Part shown: in pieces, positions 39,256 through 54,795 of the stretch
Layout of the letters: the number at the start of each line of letters is the position of its first letter
Position numbering within the stretch: the first letter of the stretch is position 1
DNA from: Marsupella aquatica
Taxonomy: Eukaryota > Plantae > Marchantiophyta
Length of the DNA stretch: 64,000 nucleotides
Direction of reading: 5' to 3'
Assembly: GCA_973895155.1 (NCBI GenBank)
Contig: OZ316896.1
Span: 9,745,525 to 9,809,524, forward strand
The notes under the pieces: generated by a model
Databases searched by the model: none
What the model was told of the DNA's origin: nothing
The model's input: only the letters and a program-made list of their open reading frames with translations
Made by a program: the position numbers and the translations under genes

Positions 39256-40290
39256 TCATAAAACATACTCATCATTGAGTAAATCAACTTCTCCATCAGC
39301 CCTAGCCACATTTGCCGATGAAGTTTCCGCTGCCTTTCCCTTACAGTCTTGCTTGAAGTGTCCAACTTGGTTGCACTTCCAACATGTCACCTGCCTCCTC
39401 TGAGGGGATTTACCCTTGGACTTAGATCTGGATTTAGATCTAAACTGGGTTCTACGGTCCCCAGTTGGTCGCTGCATACTCCTCCCACGGTTAACATTGA
39501 GGGCAGCACCAGATGATGAAGGCTGTGACGTGATGTGCATCTTCTGCTGAAGATCATCACTAAGCAGAGAACTTACCACGTCATTGTATGAAATGGTATC
39601 CCTATCACGATGCAACAACACTCGTGATAGGGACTGGTAAGATGGAGGCAATGAACTAAGAAGCTGCAGAGCCTTCGTCTCATCATTCAAAGTCTCCCCA
39701 AGGTTTTCCAAGTCAACGACCATGTCGTTGAAAGCATCCACATGGTCTTGCAACTTCGTACCAGATTCCTTCATCCTGAAACTCATCAGTTTGTAGGAAG
39801 TGTAGAGCCGGTTCGACAACTCCTTGCGGTGATACTTGCTCTGCAATTCCGCAAACAAGGACATGCAATCCTTATGTGCACCTAACTGCTTGATGATGGG
39901 AGGCATGAGATAGAGTGTAACACACCACACTCCCTGCTCCTGCATGCGGTCCCATTGTTTCTCATCAACATCGTCTTCACGAGGGCTCAGCAGTTGGCCC
40001 ATCCCTGACGCATAAAGCACTCCCTTCACCTGCTTCTCCCATAGCAAGTAGTCAGAGCGCCCATCATACTTTGTCACTTCATACTTGGGTCCCCCAAGCT
40101 TGAAAGTCCCCATCTTCTTCTTTACCGTGAGCTCCGGTAGTAGTATTGCTTCCTCCACCACACGCCGCACCGGTGATGGTATCGGTGTCACGTGCTCTTC
40201 CTCCTGCTCCTCTCTCTGCCCCTGAAACCTCTGCGGTGATCCTCGTGCTTCAAGTTCCACGTCTTCAAAAAACTCCTCTGAATCACTCAT
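39256..40290 (-). CDS. gag: copia Gag (UBN2-type capsid plus CCHC zinc knuckle); alternative start at ATG 40113
   Basis: KYEVTKYDGRSDYLLW N-terminal motif, LLSSLPPSY, and CWKCNQVGHFKQDC knuckle. Ends at TGA 39258-39256. Confidence 0.93.
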   Translation of the reverse strand: MSDSEEFFEDVELEARGSPQRFQGQREEQEEEHVTPIPSPVRRVVEEAILLPELTVKKKMGTFKLGGPKYEVTKYDGRSDYLLWEKQVKGVLYASGMGQLLSPREDDVDEKQWDRMQEQGVWCVTLYLMPPIIKQLGAHKDCMSLFAELQSKYHRKELSNRLYTSYKLMSFRMKESGTKLQDHVDAFNDMVVDLENLGETLNDETKALQLLSSLPPSYQSLSRVLLHRDRDTISYNDVVSSLLSDDLQQKMHITSQPSSSGAALNVNRGRSMQRPTGDRRTQFRSKSRSKSKGKSPQRRQVTCWKCNQVGHFKQDCKGKAAETSSANVARADGEVDLLNDEYVL

Positions 40291-41430
40291 ATGAGAAAGT
40301 CACAAAAAATGTTGTTTTTCACAACTTCTCAAAAAACTCGAAACTCAACACCGCCGCGTAGCCCACAAAGCTAGGAGTCCAATACTGAAAACCAAAATCA
40401 AAATCGAAATTTGACGGAAAAGTTATTCAAATTTCGGTCGAGGTGGGTAAAACCTTGGGAAACTCCCCCGTTTTGACCACCTCAGGGAATAACCGAAATA
40501 CCAAGTACAACCCGTTGTCGGAATTGCGATGTGATTGGTGCGCTGCATTGCCAACTTCAATGGCTACGACCTCGCCGAAAAATAACCAAAAAAGTTACCG
40601 TTTGGCGGATGAAATCTTTGTCGGACGGTCAAAAAATAGCTCTCTGGTTTTTTGGAATATTCTATGACCCTTGTACAGGCCCTGTGGGAATTTTGGAAGA
40701 ACAATCGAGGGGCTGACATGTGTCCTCGAACCCCCAAAACCCCCTACCACCCTTCGTCGTCGAAATCTGGTCGCGCGCGCAGAAAATACACACGGCAGAA
40801 TGTACCCCTCGACACCAAACGCAAGATATCTCACTCGGGTTTTGACGAAATCAAGATCCGATTTCAGATTTGGAAACTAGACTCCGAGGCAATGAAGATC
40901 GATATAAGAAGCACCCAAAACGAGGAAAGAACGAGGGAGAAAAAAATTGGTAAAGATGACAGATTTCTCTCAATTGCCATAGCCAATTTCGAATCAGTTT
41001 TTCAAAGAGAAAAAAATGGTACCTTGTCAACAACGAATGTTGATCAATTGCACTTGGTGCCGTCACCAAGTCCAACAAGATAATTGATTTTGCTTAGCCT
41101 TCCTTTTTGCATCAAAGAGCCAATCCCGGACTCAAAAACAATCGTCTTGCCTCAATCTCTCCGTTGAGTCAAAACACTTGACGCTTCTCCCTCCGAGTCG
41201 ATTGCCAACTTTCTTCACAAAATCCAGAACGACGAAAACTTAGATCTCTCTGCACCACGAGCTCCGTTCAACGATTTCTTCACACCGTTAGAAAGCTCTT
41301 GCCCTGATCTATCCGTTGAGCCCATAAACTCCAAGTTCCATGCGATGGAACTCTGGAAAATCCACCAACACTCAACGCTGGAAAAACCGTCATGAAATCC
41401 TGTCACGAACACACGTCACCTCCCAAGCAT

Positions 41431-41442
41431 GCTCTGATACCA
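41431..41442 (-). other. Primer-binding site complementary to the initiator tRNA-Met 3' end
   Basis: TGGTATCAGAGC, 2 nt after the 5' LTR on the minus strand. Confidence 0.95.
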
Positions 41443-41444
41443 AT

Positions 41445-41865
41445 TGTTGAGCATAGACGACGATCGCAACGGCAAGCCCATGAACCATCCAACGCACAAT
41501 AGTCGACACAAGAGATACATGGTTCACCTCCTTGAGGCTACGTCCACGGGAACACACAAGAGAGCTTTACTGAACTCTAAGCCCGTCGGCTATACCGAGT
41601 CTCCACAGTGTAAGCTCTCCCTATCTCTCAAGTGGCTCCATAACAATGAGCCTTGGTTCTACCTCTCCAAACACACATGCCTCTTATGATATAGTGTGCA
41701 ACTTAGTTGTACCTAACCACATAGTTGTACCTAATCACGTAGTTGTACCTAACCACATAGTTGTACCTAATCACGTAGTTGTACCTAACCACGTAGTTGT
41801 ACCAACCCACGTTGTTGTACCAACCACGTCATACCTAACCTAGACGTAAGAGTAAATACCCAACA
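41445..41865 (-). repeat. 5' LTR of copia copy 1
   Basis: Near-identical to 35371-35791 and followed by the PBS. Confidence 0.97.
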
Positions 41866-42334
41866 ACTAACACTATTTACTGTTACCTTCAATTTTGAAA
41901 AAAAATTAATATATTTAAAAATATTGATAATTAGAGATAACAATATAATTGGTGGTAACCCTAAACTAGACTCACTCCAAAGTTATCCAGACTTTCAATG
42001 ACATCTCTGTGTGCGTATGTTTTTAGAAAATTTCCTTTGTATTTCAGCTGGTCAGTCTTTGTGAAAGGAGAGTAACAGAGCGATAACATGGTTGGATATG
42101 GATCACCCATCATAGCTGGATTTGCTAGAGTAAGGGAAAGAGAATCAAGATTATGTCAACATGTCACTGGTAATTAATCTGCTTCTCCTTTGGCTTTTCC
42201 TTGCTGCACTTCAAGACTCACAAAATGTTTTTAAGTGTATCAAAAGAGTCTGTTCTTTTCTTGAAGTAACTTGTGAGATGTTCGTTCTATACTTTACGTT
42301 TCATTATGATGAGAATTCTCAATCCCGTTACCAT

Positions 42335-43455
42335 CAGAAGCGTTTTACTATGTGCTTTCCAACGAGCCAAACATCACCCATTTTTGTTTAGGATCAATGC
42401 ATGGAGAAATTTCCAAAGTCAGCCGTCTTCTCTATGTATGCACATTTTTGGCAATTAGCGATGATCGACCTTTGATTTCTTCTTGATTATTAGATGCTAG
42501 GTGTCAATCCTGGTACCATTAGAAGCTCCTTGACATGTGCTTTCCAATGAACCCAACATCGTCCATTTTTTATTAGGATCAGTGCATGTAGATTTTTCCA
42601 AAGTCTACTATTTTATGTGTGTATTTACATTTTTGGCAATCAGCGGCGATCGACCTTTGATTTCTCCTTGATTATTGAATGATAGGTGTCAATCCTGGTA
42701 CCATTAGAAGCTCCTTGAGATGTGCTTTCCAACGAGCCAAGCATCGCCCATTTTCATTTAGGATCAATGCATGGAGAAATTTCCAAAGTTGACTGTTTTC
42801 TGTGTGTATTCACATTTTCTGCAATCAACGACGATCAACCTTTGATTTCTCCTTGATTATTGGATGATAGGTGTAAATCCTGGTACCATTAGAAGCTCCT
42901 TGAGATGTGCTTTCCAACGAGCCAAGCATCACACATTTTCGTTTAGGATCAATGCATGGAGATTTTTCCAAAGTTGACTGTTTTCTGTGTGTATTCACAT
43001 TTTCTGCAATCAATGACGATCAACCTTTGATTTATCCTTGATTATTAGATGATAGGTGTCAATCCTGGTACCATTAGAAGCTCCTTGAGATGTGCTTTCC
43101 AATGAGCCAAGCATCGCCCATTTTTGTTTAGGATCAATGCATGGAGATTTTTCCAAAGTTGACTATTTTCTGTGTGTATTCACATTTTCTGCAATCAACG
43201 ACGATCGACCTTTGATTTCTCCTTGATTATTGGATGATAGGTGTCAATCCTGGTACCATTAGAAGCTCCTTGAGATGTGCTTTCCAATGAGCCCAACATC
43301 GCCCATTTTCGATTAGGATCAATGCATGTAGAAATTTCCGAAGTAGATTGTTTTCTGTGTGTATTCACACCTTCATTACTAGATGATAGTTGTTGATCTT
43401 GGTATCCTTAGAAGCTCTTGACATATGCTTTCCAATGTGCCCAACATCCCCTATT
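42335..43455. repeat. 185-bp tandem satellite (about 6 units) inside the pogo-like transposon
   Basis: TGTGCTTTCCAA at 42351, 42536, 42721, 42906, 43091 and 43276, an exact 185-bp period, plus a truncated final unit. Confidence 0.95.
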
Positions 43456-43557
43456 TTCATAGAGCGACACAACTGACATATATGAATTCCAGAGTGGGCT
43501 TCCTTTTTTTGAGCGTTAATTCTAACTTAGTCATCTTTGATGCGTTTTGCAGCTTCA

Positions 43558-45301
43558 ATGGACAGTGTTGATGGCCCAGAACTTGACGAACGTACTGCTC
43601 CTGTTGCTCCAGACCCGGAACCTGTTGTCCCTGAACCTGTTGTCCCTGATTCTCCTGTTGCTCCAGCAAGCCCCATTGCCCCTATTTTGGCATTGTCTAG
43701 AAGTGGGAAAAGACATCTGCAATAGGTTGTTACTAAGGAAAATCGACACACTGTCATCAAGTGGATGGTCCTTAAAGCAGAAAACCAGGGTACAGAGAGA
43801 AAAGTTCAGTCTCAAGCTGTGAAAGAATTCCCTCAATTTTTTCGTGCTGAATCAGATAATGCAAACCTAACAAAGGCATGCAATTGGTGGAAGAACTGTG
43901 CTGCAATTGTGCTTGAATGTACCAAGAAGGGTAGCTTCAAATCCATTCAACATTGCCAGGATGGAGTTAGAAGAAGGGTTCAGTTGTAAGCAAGCTGCAT
44001 GGGCTTGTTGGATATATCCTCTTATTTGTGAAGAGTTTACTCGCTTGAAGGCTGCGGGTTTGAAGTTTTCTCCTTCAATTCTTAGAATGGTTGCTAAGAA
44101 TGTTTTGAGATCCACAGTCCATGAGACATTCTCACCAACATATGTGCCACCTGGTGAACAATCAATCAAGAACTTGGATGAATTGATGACTCCACGTTGG
44201 ATACAGACTTTCCAAGATCACTACAATATTGTCCTTCGGTCTCAAACAGGGAAGTTGATGTGTTCTCCAGCCAAGCAAGAGCATATTGAACGAGAAGCAG
44301 CCCATCACATGGGTGTTCTAAAGAGAGGCTTTGATTTTGGAGAGCTGAATGAGGATCTCATGGAGAACATGGATGAGACTCATTTTATCATAAACATGGA
44401 CAACGGAAAAACCTTAGGCTTCCGAGGTGATAGTGATGTGAAGTATTCTGATGTGGTATCTGGTGGTGAAGGGATGACAATGTGTGTTAAGGTTTCTGGT
44501 GGTGTGAATGCCAAAATTCATCCCCCATTTATGATTTTCAAGAATGCATCGTCTTCATATCCCATTGGGCGTGTGCTTGACAATGTGCATGGAGTTTCTT
44601 ACAGGAGTACTCCATCTTCTTTCATGAACACTGCTTGTCTGGAAAAGTATTACAGGGAAAGGAGAGTCATCAGGCCTAATATTCGAGGGAGAGTCAAGAT
44701 TCAATGGATGGACAATTACAATGGGCACAACCAGACAGCATGTACCGTTGCAGCTTTGCAAGAAATTTTGACAGATATCAGGTATCTACCAGCAAATTCA
44801 ACTTACCTTTGCCAACCCTGTGATTCATTTGTTATTTCAAAGATTAAGGATGCCTGGACAAAGAGGTGGGAAGAGAAGAAGGCAGAGATGTTGCTTGCTG
44901 GACAGTGGATGGGGACTGGGACACGAGGCACATCTGGGAAATTGATAAATCCAGGCAAGCAGTGGTTTTTGACATTGGCAAGGGACTCTGTAGCTGAGGT
45001 GAACAATTCTGTTGACAGACATGACATGTCTTATGCACAAAAATCAATGATAAGGACCGGTTTGTCTCTAAATGTCACTGGTGTATGGTCTGAAGATCAA
45101 CTTACACCTGAGCTTCAAAATATCATAGCAAAGTATCGAGTGAATTTTGAAGGGAGTCGAGTTGGCCTTGATATTGATGCTACTATTGAAGTGGCTCCTG
45201 AAGTTGGTGAACCAGGTGAAGAGCCAGCTCAACCCACTTCTCTTGGGGCTGTACGCCGTCTTGCAAGGATGAGACACAGGGGACAGGTTGAAAGAGAGTG
45301 A
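43558..45301 (+). pseudogene. pogo/CENP-B-like DDE_1 transposase; N-terminus disrupted, catalytic domain open
   Basis: Starts MDSVDGPE.., with stops at 43723 and 43987 and a frame change. The C-terminal frame is intact with NMDETHF, QWMDNYNGH and LPANSTYLCQPCDSFVISKIK (D..D36D). Confidence 0.88.
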
Positions 45302-48068
45302 ACAGGATATCAGTTTGTAGCTTATGTGAGACAACATATGTTATTCATAATTGATAGAAGTGAATCAAACATATCTTGCTTGCTCAATGTGGTTGAGTAC
45401 CTCAAACTATAATTTTGTGCTATGTGAAAAGAGTTATAAATGTCTGAAGTTTGCTCAATGTTCAGTAGTATATGGAAAGAGTTATAAGTTTCTGAAGTTT
45501 GCTCAGTAGTAAATTTTGTAAAGTGTAATAAAATATTGTGCACATTTTTCATTTTTTTATAAGCAAATTTTGACTATAGTCTATTCTATTTTTTTAACTT
45601 AAGTGTACATGTGACACTATTTGACTTGTGACCACAATTAGTGTCATACCATATTAGTGTCACACACCCTAATTACCGTCACTTACCTCAAATATAACCT
45701 CACAGTAATTAGAATGTGTGAGACTAAATACTATAAAGAGTGTACTTGATAGTTTGTTTGACAGTTGGATGCCACCTATTGAACTGAGACGGAAACCAAA
45801 AAGTGCACTTTAATTGAGCCAAGTTGTTTATTGATGAGTTACAAAACACAGCTGCCTTGGCTTTTCTTTGTGTACTATACTTGTCTTGTAGTTTCTTCCT
45901 ATTTGTTGTTATTGTGGTTATATAAATCAAACTATCAAAGAACAAAAAGAGTCAAAGGGAGAGAAGGGATCCGAAACCCAATCATGGCAGGAAACACACT
46001 AAAGGGGAGAAAATTTGAGAAAAACCCCAATTGTGGGTTGTTTTTAATAATATTGTCCTTTCTCATCCTTTCTTTTTTTGGGCATATAGTCTGATGGGGT
46101 TTGTATGGATTTCTATGGCGTTCTCCCATTCCATGTGCCTCATTTCAATTGGTCGTCCTTCTCGTCCTTTCATTTTGTATTCTGAACCCTCTTTACTTGG
46201 ATTCCTTGTCCTCTTCCTTTTGGACTATTCTTGGATAGGTTAGTCTTCCAACTTCTCCCTTTCAGCATTCCAGTTCATGTACTTTTGTTTGCTCTTGTTC
46301 TGCCTACATGTACTAGTATTGATATGACTGTGTGAATATGTTTCCAAGTATGCTACTAAGTTTCCAATTTGGGCACAAATGTACTATTAAAGTGAAGGGA
46401 CCATGAACAAATTACGCTGTAGGCTGTGTCTATATATATTGTGCCTGGGCCGACAATTGATGGGTGATCAGACTTTCCTTTAAGACTGCCTTTGACTCGT
46501 GATTATGGATATGCGGCATTGGGGGGGGGGGGGGGTTAATGTGTAAGTTTTGGTCTTGTAACTGGTCAAAGGGGTTGCCTCGGGGGTTGCCTTCCAAATT
46601 CCTCCTACTGGTCCCAACTCAGTCTACCTGACTCCCAAACCATACAGTATCAAACACCCCCAGTCACAAACCTGGTTCCATGGGGTCAAAATTGGGAGTG
46701 GCGGACTTGACACCGCCACTCATAGTGCTGGGAAATAGGTTACGTCATCCATAGCAGAACTGGCTTCTCACTAAATGTTAGGGTGCCCTCCAAAATTACT
46801 CCCACTGGTTCCATCTCAGGCTAGCTACAGTAGTTCCCTAACTGTGCCCCTACTGCGCCACACTGCCCACACCCAGTCACAAAACTGGTGCAATGCTGTC
46901 AAACTGGCAGTGGGACATAATTAGCACGGAAAATAAACTAGATGAGGACTAGTTTGATCCATTCCAGGGTCCATTTAAAAAATGGTGCTTCATCCCTTGA
47001 GCAACTAGCATTCAAGCTATCTAGACTCACAGAGTGGGTTTGACTTGGGAACGGAGGGTTTTGAGTTAATTAGGTGAGTAACAACAAGTCTACCAGGTTC
47101 CATCTTTATTTCCTGCCTTTTTGCCTCCAATCAGACATAATTTTCTCTGCCCTCCTTCGCAATCTGCCTATTCTATCAGGCATCATATTCCTTCTTCTAG
47201 CAGAGTCTTCCCTTCTTGCTCCTTTTCAGCAGGTTCAATGATATTTGAGTTCTGCCTCATCCCTCAATTCATTGGTCTATATGGCCCTTCCTGAAAAAAG
47301 AAAAAAAGAAAAAGGGGTTTGAAACAAGTGACTTTCCCTCTGGTCTCAAGTCAAGGCATCTGGCAATGTGGTCCAGAACCACATTCAGTCACAAAGCAAA
47401 GGGTTCCATGTGGTCCAAACTGGCAGTGCGGCCTGGCACACCCAATCCCTGCAAGTGGGGAGAAATGGGTTCCATGGCTTAAAACTTCCTTGTCCATTCT
47501 CACAACCTTCTTAACAAAGGAAAAAAGTGGGCTAAAGGTGACTATTATTGTCCTCCCACAACTTTTGTGATAAGTGGAGTTTACCATTGGTCTCACCAAG
47601 TGCTATTAAACTTGTACTGTGGGGAGGCTTCCTGGAAGTGCCTTTATGGCGCTCTCAGACTCCTTCCCTGCTCTGCCCAAGTTAGCTTGCTGCCCTACCC
47701 CTATTTGGCTACCACCCCAGTAGGTAGAGACATTTATCCATGCACAATTGACTACATTGCTTGGATAGTTTCTCCTCTTTACACGATTGTACAAACAATG
47801 ATTTACACCGGAATGCTTAGAAATCCCTGGCTAAAATCTAGATGACAAAATTCTCTCAAGGATTTACACCAGGATGCTTAGAAATTCCTAAAATTTAGAT
47901 GACAGCCTTCTCTGAAAGTTTCTCTAGGACGGGGGGAAATGCCTCATGACCATATATTGACACACATCTTACTATAAAAGTGAGAACGAAGTCTACTCTT
48001 AAGGGCCTAGGGTCTAGAGTGAAGCCTCTAGACTGTAACCCCAACACAGAAAAAAAAATTATGAATCT

Positions 48069-48237
48069 AAGAGATATACTTTATGGACCCCTAAATTGAA
48101 ATGTCTTACTTGATAGACTCCATGAGACCCCATGAGCTTCTGGGTACATTGCTTTGAGATCTATCAAGGGTCTTGATCACTCATGGGTCCATCAAGAAAT
48201 AGCTTGCATTTTGGGGTCCATCAAGTATTTCTCTCTC
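48069..48237. mobile_element. Small foldback MITE with 8-bp TSD
   Basis: GAGATATACTTTATGGACCCC / GGGGTCCATCAAGTATTTCTC inverted ends (19/21), inner inverted repeat CTTGATAGACTCCATGAG / CTCATGGGTCCATCAAG, and ATGAATCT direct repeats at 48061-68 and 48238-45. Confidence 0.65.
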
Positions 48238-49040
48238 ATGAATCTCAATAGCATAAAAATATTATTGTGCAAGTTTTCTTTGTTCTTCATATCTGTTTGG
48301 TAATCGGGCTAGTAGAAAAAATATTCACGAGGGAATTATGTCCATGGGACCTACTTCTGAACTGGCTATTAATGTGTGTGCTGGTCCCAAAGTCCCAACG
48401 AAGATCGATCGGACGGCTGGGGCGGCCCTATCTGAAGGTGAGGTGGCTCGGCCATCCGTACCCAAAGGACACGCCGACGTGGACAGAATATCCCCGTATA
48501 GAATTCCCGTCGAGCTTCTCGTCCCCCTTAGAGTACAGTGGTAATGAATGCGATCAGCACTCATTGAGATCAACACTCAGTCAATCGCTCATCAGTCAGT
48601 ACAGTAGTCACTCAAATTGGGCAGCCAAACCAAACACTCCTCTCTCCCCTCTCTCATCAAGAGGGGATTTCATTCATTCCATTCCCCTGCTTTTTGTTCA
48701 GCTGATGATCATATCAGTCGGGCGAACAAGCAACCAGACTCCACTTCTCTTCTCGTCTCTTCTCTTCTCTTCTCTTCTCTTCTCTCGATTTTCACTCTTT
48801 TCACTCTTCTGTCTGTCTCGATTTTCATCAAGAGGGCATTCTTCAGTTTCCTCTGCAGGCAAATGCTCGTGTAGTAATTACGGACAGGATCATTCTGTTG
48901 TGCGATCTGCTTTGCTTTGCTGTGCTGTGAGCTGTGCTTTTCTGAACTGAACTGAACTGAGCTGAGCTGAGCTGAGCTTAGAAAGAAGGCGGAGGAAGGC
49001 TCCTTCGGTGGTGAGAGACGGGGGGAGGGTGTGTTTCGAA

Positions 49041-53394
<4,354 letters not shown>

Positions 53395-54795
53395 CAGAAC
53401 AGAGGGGTAGGCGTTTCATGAGGTTCATTTTTTTTGGCTATGGAAGAAAAATAAGTGGGGTTGCGAATTTATGTGGTATTGCTGAGGACCGTATAAGGCT
53501 CTGCAAGACTTGCAAACATGAAATGAACGAAGTGGTTTAGTCAATATACAGTATTTGTTCAGCAAAGCTTACTGCAACCGCATAGCGAAGCCCATGATTC
53601 ATTTTCATTGGCACTGTGCTGAAGTTTTTGAAATTTTCCAGGCTTTGGAATCGAATGGTACCATCGGAGTCATTGAATAGCTCAAATTTTTGGTCTGCAT
53701 TTGCAGTTTTCCAACAACAATTGTGTTGGCCCCACGCATCCTCAAACTTGCTCGTCTGTGATTTTTCTTTTTCAATTCAATGAAGGAAACTGTCTTATCT
53801 GATTGCTTGTCTTCTCGCTCCAATTTACTTCAGGGTTCCCAGTTTCTTTTAAGAGGTCCGACTACATTTGCATGTCTGCATAATTAGTGTGTTTTTTCAA
53901 AACTTGAGGCCCTGAATGTCCTTATGGTGCAATATGCTCTTAATCTACATTCCAAGCACTCCAATTTGTTGCGAGTTAACTCAGTTAATCCGATTTGCAA
54001 TAAACTTACCCGATTGCATCCCCAGAAACAACTCAATTCTCGTTACTACCAATGACAAGTGCGTGTTTGAGTCGAACTGACAAACTAGTGAAGCTTGACG
54101 ATCAGCCATCTGTTCCCCTAGTTTCGTACCGGGCCCAGGATCCCAATTCCACGAGTGGATGAACAGATTTTCTCCGGGATCAGAGTACCATCTCCTTCCA
54201 ACAACCCGAACTCATAGCGTATTTGCTTGGATCCACATCTGATGATAGGGTCTCCAATGTTTCTACCTACTTTTGGAAAATCTTTTTCTGACAAGAAACA
54301 GAGCACATAGTTCCTTAATGCTACACGTCATAGATGTTCAGCGATTCTAGGAATAGCCTCAACGAAAGTTAGCTTGTAGCAATCAAAATCTTGACACAAG
54401 CTCCCTCAGAAGACTTAGAGACGAGCGAAAGATGTTCATGTTCTTTCTCAGTGCTATAAATCTGTACCAGTATGAAAAGATCCCTTAAGGGATCACATTT
54501 GCTTTTGTAGAGAGAAAACGCCTGGCTTGGCTCGCAACGGATCGTCACAAACTGACCACGTGGATCTGCAGCCTCTCACCTTGGACCAAACTCTTGCGAC
54601 AAAGGCAACAGAAGAGAGTCTAATCTAAACCACAAGATGACTATTTGACACTACTCGTACATTCCAAAGCGACACAAAGTGGAACAGGACCTCCATTCCC
54701 TGACCCAATTTCTGTTTCTCCTTGTTCAGCGACCAACAACTCGTTTCCCTACCATTCAGGGTCAGAGATGAAACTATACAAAACAAACTCCCCTT

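Larger units (their letters stand above)
35371..41865 (-). mobile_element. Full-length Ty1/copia LTR retrotransposon (copy 1)
   Basis: Two 421-bp TG...CA LTRs, ACTAA 5-bp TSD (35366-70 and 41866-70), tRNA-iMet PBS, PPT, and domain order gag-PR-IN-RT-RNaseH. Confidence 0.98.
35288..45742 (+). mobile_element. pogo-like (Tc1/mariner superfamily) DNA transposon, about 3.95 kb once the nested copia is removed
   Basis: 25-bp TIRs CACTCTTTACAGTATTTAGTCTCAC (35288-35312) and GTGAGACTAAATACTATAAAGAGTG (45718-45742), one mismatch, with TA TSD at 35286-87 and 45743-44. Joining the flanks regenerates CACTTGCAAA.TACTTGAT.GTTTGTTTGACAGTTGGATGCCACCT, which also occurs uninterrupted at about 35125-35170. 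Confidence 0.9.

Noticed and set aside
40652-41083. 143-aa antisense ORF in the copia leader as an extra element gene
   Set aside because: It has a non-ATG start and no recognisable motif, and lies mostly in the segment absent from copy 2.
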